Position numbers and translations under genes: made by a program
Shown: positions 58,973 to 64,000 of the stretch, piece after piece
How the letters are laid out: each line of letters begins with the position of its first letter
How positions within the stretch are numbered: the first letter of the stretch is position 1
Source: an uncultured Sneathiellales bacterium
Lineage (GTDB): Bacteria; Pseudomonadota; Alphaproteobacteria; CAYFNG01
DNA: 64,000 nucleotides
Assembly: GCA_964344385.1 (NCBI GenBank)
Contig: CAYFNG010000001.1
Location: 621,273 to 685,272 of the forward strand
Reading direction: 5' to 3'
Notes under the pieces: model-generated
Seen by the model: only the letters and a program-made list of their open reading frames with translations
Database searches by the model: none
Told to the model about the DNA's origin: nothing

Positions 58973-60370
58973 ATGGCGCGGGTATTTCTGTCAAAGCAAT
59001 GGGTTAACCGCAGGGCCGGCGGTTGGAAACCGGCTTTTGTCATGGCTTTCGCCAAGGCCAAGGCGCCCGTTTGCGGCCTGATTCCGGCGGTTCTCGGCGC
59101 CTTTCTGGTCGCCACCGGATCGCCTGCCATCGCCCAGACCTTGGATGAGGAGTTGCTGCGCCTGATCAAGGAGCATCCGCGTCTGCAGGTGGCCAAGAAA
59201 GAGCAGGCGGTCAGCGACGAGCGCATTTCCCAGGCCCGCTCGGTCTTTCTGCCGTCCCTCCAATTGTTGGGCGATATCGGGCGCGAATACACCAATTCGC
59301 CGCTGACCCGCGGCACCGCCGACCGGACCCTGAATGCCACCAGGGAAAACGCGCAAGTCACCCTGACCCAGAACCTGTTCGACGGTTTCCGCTCCACCTC
59401 GGGCCTGGAAATCGCCAAGGTCGAACGGGAATCGGCCGATGTATCGCTTAATGCTGAACAGCAGGAATTGCTGTTCCAGGGCGCCAGCGCCTACCTGAAC
59501 GTGCTGCGCGGCAGCGAACTGGTCCAGCTTGCCAAGTTCAACGAAGAGATCATCAAGGAACAGCTCGACCTGGAGGACGAGCGGGTCGAGCGCGGGGCGG
59601 GGATCGCGGTCGACGTGCTGCTGGCCAAATCCCGGCTACAGCTGGCCAAGGAGCGCCGGGTGGCCCTGGAAGGGCGGCTGTTCGCGGCGCTCGACACCTA
59701 TCGGCAGGTCTTTGGGCGTTCGATTTCGCTGGCCACCATGAAAGAACCCAATCTGGCGACCGGGCTGTTGCCCGCGACCCGCGACGCGGCGATTACCGGC
59801 GCCATGCAAAACAATCTGCAACTGGCGACCGCCAAGAAGCTGATCGAAGTTGCGGACAAGAAACGGACCCAGCAAAGGTCCGGCTTCTACCCCAGGGTCG
59901 ATCTGGTCGCCGAGGCCGGGTACGAGGAAGACCTTGCCGGGGTGGAAAGCTACCGCCGGGACGCGGCGATCCTGTTGCGGGTGACCTGGGACCTCTTTTC
60001 CGGGGGCCGGACTTTGGCCGAGAGTCGCGAGGCGGCGATCCAGTACGGCATCGCCCTGGACAACCGCAACGACGTGCAGCGCAAGGTGATCGAACTGGTC
60101 GAAACCGCCTGGGACGACTATCGGACCATGGCGCAGCGCGAAACCCTGTTGGAGAACGCGGTCAATATCGCAACCGAGGTGTTCATCGCGCGTTCGAAGT
60201 TACGCGATTCGGGCAAGGAAACCGCCCTCAATGTGTTGGATGCGCAAAGCGAGGTGTTCAACGCGCGCATCAACCTGGTGTCCGCCAAATTCGACAAAAT
60301 GGTCGCCGAGTACCAGATCCTGGCCGCGACCGGCGGCCTCGACCCGCAAACCCTGGGTCTGGCGCCCTGA
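58973..60370 (+). CDS. TolC-family outer-membrane efflux/T1SS channel protein
   Basis: About 465 aa from ATG 58973 behind GGAGACGGA. Signal peptide, then TolC-like repeated helical/beta segments (LQLAKERRVALEGRLFAALDTYRQVFG...). Confidence 0.85.
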   Translation: MARVFLSKQWVNRRAGGWKPAFVMAFAKAKAPVCGLIPAVLGAFLVATGSPAIAQTLDEELLRLIKEHPRLQVAKKEQAVSDERISQARSVFLPSLQLLGDIGREYTNSPLTRGTADRTLNATRENAQVTLTQNLFDGFRSTSGLEIAKVERESADVSLNAEQQELLFQGASAYLNVLRGSELVQLAKFNEEIIKEQLDLEDERVERGAGIAVDVLLAKSRLQLAKERRVALEGRLFAALDTYRQVFGRSISLATMKEPNLATGLLPATRDAAITGAMQNNLQLATAKKLIEVADKKRTQQRSGFYPRVDLVAEAGYEEDLAGVESYRRDAAILLRVTWDLFSGGRTLAESREAAIQYGIALDNRNDVQRKVIELVETAWDDYRTMAQRETLLENAVNIATEVFIARSKLRDSGKETALNVLDAQSEVFNARINLVSAKFDKMVAEYQILAATGGLDPQTLGLAP

Positions 60371-60384
60371 GCCGCACCTGCCGC

Positions 60385-63300
60385 TCAGAAATCGTATCTT
60401 AGGCTGATGCCGCTGTTACTGCCGCCGGACTGACCGACTTCGGTGTCCACGACGACGCCGTCCATGATTTCGACCTCGACCGCCAGGGCGCTGCCGGCAC
60501 CGCCGAGCTTCTGCCGCGCACCGACGAAGATCCCCTCGCCGACATTGCGGCCGACCGTGACGGTGGCCGCCTCGACGCTTTCGCCTTCGACCCGCAACAC
60601 GTCGACACCCGCGGCGTCGCGGACGCTGTCCAGGATCCCCGCCTCGCCACTGAGCAGGGTCGCCACCCCGGTCGCCAATTGAAGGGCTTCGGGGCCCGAT
60701 AGCGACTGCTTCGAACGGCCGAACAGCAGGCGCGGCAACACCTCGTCTTCGGGCAGGGCCGGGACCGAGGCAAAGCGCAGATCGGGCGCGGAGGCGCGGC
60801 CACTGAGCAGGATGCCGCCGCGGATGCCATGGTCTTCGTATTGCAGCGATAGATCGAGCAGGGGGTCGATCGCCTGACCGCCGTCGAAGACAACCCGGCC
60901 ACGGTCGAGGTCGAACGGCCGGCCCAACAGGTCAAGGCGGCCGCGGACCTTTTCGATCGTGCCGCTGATCGCCGGCGCGGCGCTGTCACCGGCAATCGCC
61001 AGGTCCATCTTCCATTCCGATTCCAGCCCCCGGCCACGCACGAAGATGTTGCGGTCCGCGCGGACCGTCAGGTCCAAAGCCACCGCTCCGCCTTCGGCCT
61101 CCGTCGCTTCCGGCTCAGGCGCGCCCTGGATGCGCACGCCCTCCAGTTCCACCACTTCGGGCGGGGTGGCGTTGACCAGCCGGACTTCGGCCTTGTCGAT
61201 CGTCACCTGGCCGGTCAGGGCGAGGCCGGCAAGCGGCCCGGCAAGTGCGAGGTCGCCGCTGATCCGGGCGGTGACGTCGTCGCGGCGAACCAGCGTCGCA
61301 GCCCGGATGGTGGCAGCGCCGTCCAATGACGGCGCGGCATCGGCCAGGCGCAGGGACACATCGGCTTCGACGGTCCCGTCACCACCGTCGCCGGCCTGCA
61401 AAACCACAGTGACGCCACCATCATCGGCGATCTTTGTCCGGACTTTCAGGTCGTGCAGGATCGTGCCGGCGTCCAGGTTCTGGTATTCGCCATCCGACAG
61501 GTCGGCACGGCCGCTGAGGTGCGGCGCCGAGAGGCGGCCGGCCAGGCTGAGGTCGAGGTCGGCGCGACCGTCAAGGATATGGCCCGGTGCCGGCACCAGG
61601 GCCCAAAGATCGCCGAGATCGCCGGACCAGACCAGGGCGCCGTCGATTTCGCCGTCCTGGGGCAGCACCGGCAATCCGTCGGCGCCGGGCAATAAGGGTG
61701 CCGCCAGGTTTGCGCGCAGCGGTTCGCCGAAACCGCCGCGCAGTTCGGCTTTGACATCGGCCCGTCGGCCGTCCCAACCGGCATCGAAATCCAGGTCGAA
61801 ACCGTCGCCGCCGGCGACGCTCCGGTCGAAGCGCAGCCCGCGCGCCTGCGCGTTCAGTTTGGCGCCGGCCTGGGCCTGGCGGGTGTCGAACACCGCCCGC
61901 AGGTCCAGCCGCCCGGCGGTTACCGGCGCGCCGGCCCAGCGCTGCGCCAGGTCCAATGGCAGACGGCTCAGGGACAGATCGCCGGTCATACCGTCAGGAC
62001 GCATTGCCGCGTCGCCTTTCAGGGAAGCGGACTCGGGCAGGGCGAGATCGAGACCGGTCGCCGAGACGGTGCCGTCGCCGAGTCGCAGGAGCAAAGGCTG
62101 GCGCAGATTGGCGGTATCTGCTCCGGCGGTGACGCGTGCCTCTTCCAGGGTCAGACCGGTCGGGGCGCTGTCGGCGTCCAGCCACCCCGCCAACCGGCCG
62201 GTGAGGCGCTGGCCGGCAAAGGTGCCATCGGTATTGGCGGAAAACTCGATCCGCTCCACCGGGCCTATGGCCTTGGCCTGAAACGCATCCAGCGCGACAT
62301 CGCCGGCTTCGATACCGGCGGCGGTCAGGCGCACGTCCAGGTGGGGAGCGGTGAACGCCTGATCCGCCTTCAGGAGCAGGTCGGCGCGGTCCAGCGACGT
62401 CCCATCGCTGGTCAAGCCCGTAACCGCAAGCTTGCCGGACACCGATTGCTGGCCCCCCGCCGGCTGGAAGGCGATGCGGCCGGTGGCCGCCCCCCCAAGG
62501 TCGATCCCGGCAAAGCGGCCGGCGGGCCCCAGATCGGCGATTTCGAGATTGACCGCGCCGTCGACCAGGAGGCGATCCAGGTCGATCCCGGCAGATCCTT
62601 CCAAGCCGGCGCCCAGCGCCCCGGCCCGCAATTCCCGCAGTGACAGGGTCGCACCATCCAGTTGGAAGCGGGTCTCGGCGCTGGCCTCGCCCAGCGCGCT
62701 ACCCCGAGCGGTCAGCCTGACATGGCCCGCCGGGCGATCGCCCAGTGCGACCCGATGGTCGAGCGCCACCGCGCCAAGCGACCGGCCGCCAAACCCGGCC
62801 TGGTCGATGCCGGCCCGCCCGTCGATGCGCGGCGCGTCGATGGTGCCGGTGATGCGCCCTTCGGCTTCCAGCACGCCCGACGCATCGGCCCCATAGGCGC
62901 CGGCGACCGGCTTGAGGTCGGTGGTTGTCACCTGGTAGCTGAGGGCCAACGGCCCCTCCTCCAGCCCAAGCGTGCCCGAGGCCTTGGCGGCGAGCAATGG
63001 CGAGGTCAGGGTCAGTTTCTTCAGCCGCAACGTGCCGGATACGACCTGCCCGCGGCCCGCCAGGCTGAGATCACGGGTTAGGTCGCCGGGGATCCGGTCC
63101 AAGACCACCTGCTGCCCGTCGCCGGACAGGTCGAAGGCCAATTGCTTGGCATCCTGCCTGACCGTGCCACGCAGGGTCATCGCCCCGGCGGCAATCCGAT
63201 CCATCGCCAGCCCGGTCAACTTTGTGGTGATTTTGGCATCGACGGCATCGCCGGCGACCGCGACCCTGGTGTCGGCAACGACCCCGCCGCGCACAGAGAC

Positions 63301-64000
63301 GCCATAGGCAGATGCCAGGGGCGCGATCTCGGGCACCGCCAGGTGTGCGGACACATTGCCACTGCCGCCGGCAAGGTCATAGCTGCCGGTCGCCGTCAGC
63401 TTGAGCGCCGGTGCCGTCAGGGCCACGTTGGCCAGGGTCAACTTGTCGCCGTTCAGGCTGCCGGCCGCGGCCAGGGTCGGCGCGCCGAGTATGTCCGAGC
63501 CGAGCTTGTCCAGCCGCATCGCCGCGCCGCTTCCGTCGAGTTCGAAATCCAGTCCGGTTGCGGTCTGGGCGACCCGCCCGGCCAGAGCCAGTTTTCGCGC
63601 GTCCAGGGCAGCGGTGGCCAGCCCGTTCAGGTGCAACTCACCGACGGCGGCCAGCCGGTCCCGCGGCCCGATCACCCGCCCGTCGAAGTTCAGACGGTCG
63701 AAGGAAACGCCGTCGACCAGTGCCGCCAGCGGCGGTAAAGCGGCCAACGACACGGCAAGATCGCTGTGACCGGCCGCGGTGGCGAAGGCTCCGCTGGCGT
63801 TCAGCGTCAGAGCCGGCGAGACCAGGCTTCCCGACCGGACCTCCAGCATGCCTTTCTGCCGTTCGATCATCTCGGCCCGCAAACTCGCCCGATCGCCGAG
63901 GACGGTGCGCAATTCGGACGCCAGTTCCGGGCCCGGACTGACGCGGAGGTCGGCGGACACCGCCAGCCGGTCGGCATAGGCCAGGGTGGCCCGGCCCTGG
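60385..64000 (-). CDS. tamB: TamB/AsmA-family translocation-and-assembly-module protein (DUF490 C-terminus), 5' end outside the window
   Basis: More than 1190 aa, running to the window edge. C-terminal ...GSNSGISLRYDF is typical of TamB. Ala/Gly/Leu/Asp-rich beta-rich composition. Confidence 0.7.
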   Translation of the reverse strand, partial: QGRATLAYADRLAVSADLRVSPGPELASELRTVLGDRASLRAEMIERQKGMLEVRSGSLVSPALTLNASGAFATAAGHSDLAVSLAALPPLAALVDGVSFDRLNFDGRVIGPRDRLAAVGELHLNGLATAALDARKLALAGRVAQTATGLDFELDGSGAAMRLDKLGSDILGAPTLAAAGSLNGDKLTLANVALTAPALKLTATGSYDLAGGSGNVSAHLAVPEIAPLASAYGVSVRGGVVADTRVAVAGDAVDAKITTKLTGLAMDRIAAGAMTLRGTVRQDAKQLAFDLSGDGQQVVLDRIPGDLTRDLSLAGRGQVVSGTLRLKKLTLTSPLLAAKASGTLGLEEGPLALSYQVTTTDLKPVAGAYGADASGVLEAEGRITGTIDAPRIDGRAGIDQAGFGGRSLGAVALDHRVALGDRPAGHVRLTARGSALGEASAETRFQLDGATLSLRELRAGALGAGLEGSAGIDLDRLLVDGAVNLEIADLGPAGRFAGIDLGGAATGRIAFQPAGGQQSVSGKLAVTGLTSDGTSLDRADLLLKADQAFTAPHLDVRLTAAGIEAGDVALDAFQAKAIGPVERIEFSANTDGTFAGQRLTGRLAGWLDADSAPTGLTLEEARVTAGADTANLRQPLLLRLGDGTVSATGLDLALPESASLKGDAAMRPDGMTGDLSLSRLPLDLAQRWAGAPVTAGRLDLRAVFDTRQAQAGAKLNAQARGLRFDRSVAGGDGFDLDFDAGWDGRRADVKAELRGGFGEPLRANLAAPLLPGADGLPVLPQDGEIDGALVWSGDLGDLWALVPAPGHILDGRADLDLSLAGRLSAPHLSGRADLSDGEYQNLDAGTILHDLKVRTKIADDGGVTVVLQAGDGGDGTVEADVSLRLADAAPSLDGAATIRAATLVRRDDVTARISGDLALAGPLAGLALTGQVTIDKAEVRLVNATPPEVVELEGVRIQGAPEPEATEAEGGAVALDLTVRADRNIFVRGRGLESEWKMDLAIAGDSAAPAISGTIEKVRGRLDLLGRPFDLDRGRVVFDGGQAIDPLLDLSLQYEDHGIRGGILLSGRASAPDLRFASVPALPEDEVLPRLLFGRSKQSLSGPEALQLATGVATLLSGEAGILDSVRDAAGVDVLRVEGESVEAATVTVGRNVGEGIFVGARQKLGGAGSALAVEVEIMDGVVVDTEVGQSGGSNSGISLRYDF

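Overview
This is a high-GC (~65%) alphaproteobacterial (Rhodospirillales-like) chromosomal segment, densely coding on both strands. No transposases, integrases, CRISPR arrays or prophage genes are visible, so it reads as mostly core genome. Two loci carry the interest.

**Main content, 5' to 3':**
- An E. coli-type RtcB RNA ligase, followed by a ComEC-like MBL-fold protein rather than RtcA.
- A dimethylglycine/sarcosine-dehydrogenase-family gene with an RpiR regulator.
- A polar amino-acid ABC transporter (substrate-binding protein, two permeases, ATPase) and a UbiH-like monooxygenase.
- A conserved housekeeping cluster: DUF971, Trm112-like, LON N-domain protein, thioredoxin-TPR and YbaK deacylase. 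It is followed by tRNA-Gly(GCC), a TfoX-N/DUF899 pair and an ArsR regulator.
- A 530-aa exported protein of unknown function with a ~530-bp AT-rich upstream region.
- A TRAP transporter (dctQ-dctM-dctP order) with an FGase-like hydrolase and a divergent RpiR regulator.
- A multi-PAS hybrid histidine kinase, then a hotdog thioesterase, a 30-bp-stem hairpin, an alpha/beta hydrolase, a YciI-like protein and a TetR regulator.
- A heterotetrameric sarcosine oxidase operon (soxB-soxD-soxA-soxG) with a GlxA-type regulator. Immediately adjacent are hydantoinase/oxoprolinase-family hyuA/hyuB, an MCE-like VOC protein, a PaaK-like adenylating enzyme and a small Zn-ribbon ORF.
- A Crp-family regulator and a CHASE2 class-III adenylate cyclase.
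- A type I secretion locus: PrtD-like ABC transporter, HlyD adaptor, a peptidoglycan-binding helical-repeat protein, an MlaC-like protein, a 3051-aa RTX adhesin with 11 near-identical 336-bp tandem repeats, and a TolC-family outer-membrane protein.
- A partial TamB at the 3' end.

**Most promising candidates for undescribed biology:**
1. The hyuAB + epimerase-like VOC + PaaK-like ligase module fused to the sox/GlxA locus.
2. The RtcB + ComEC-like MBL pair.
3. The giant repeat-expanded T1SS adhesin locus, with a neighbouring cAMP module and the orphan exported protein behind a long AT-rich leader.

None of these can be proven novel from sequence alone.
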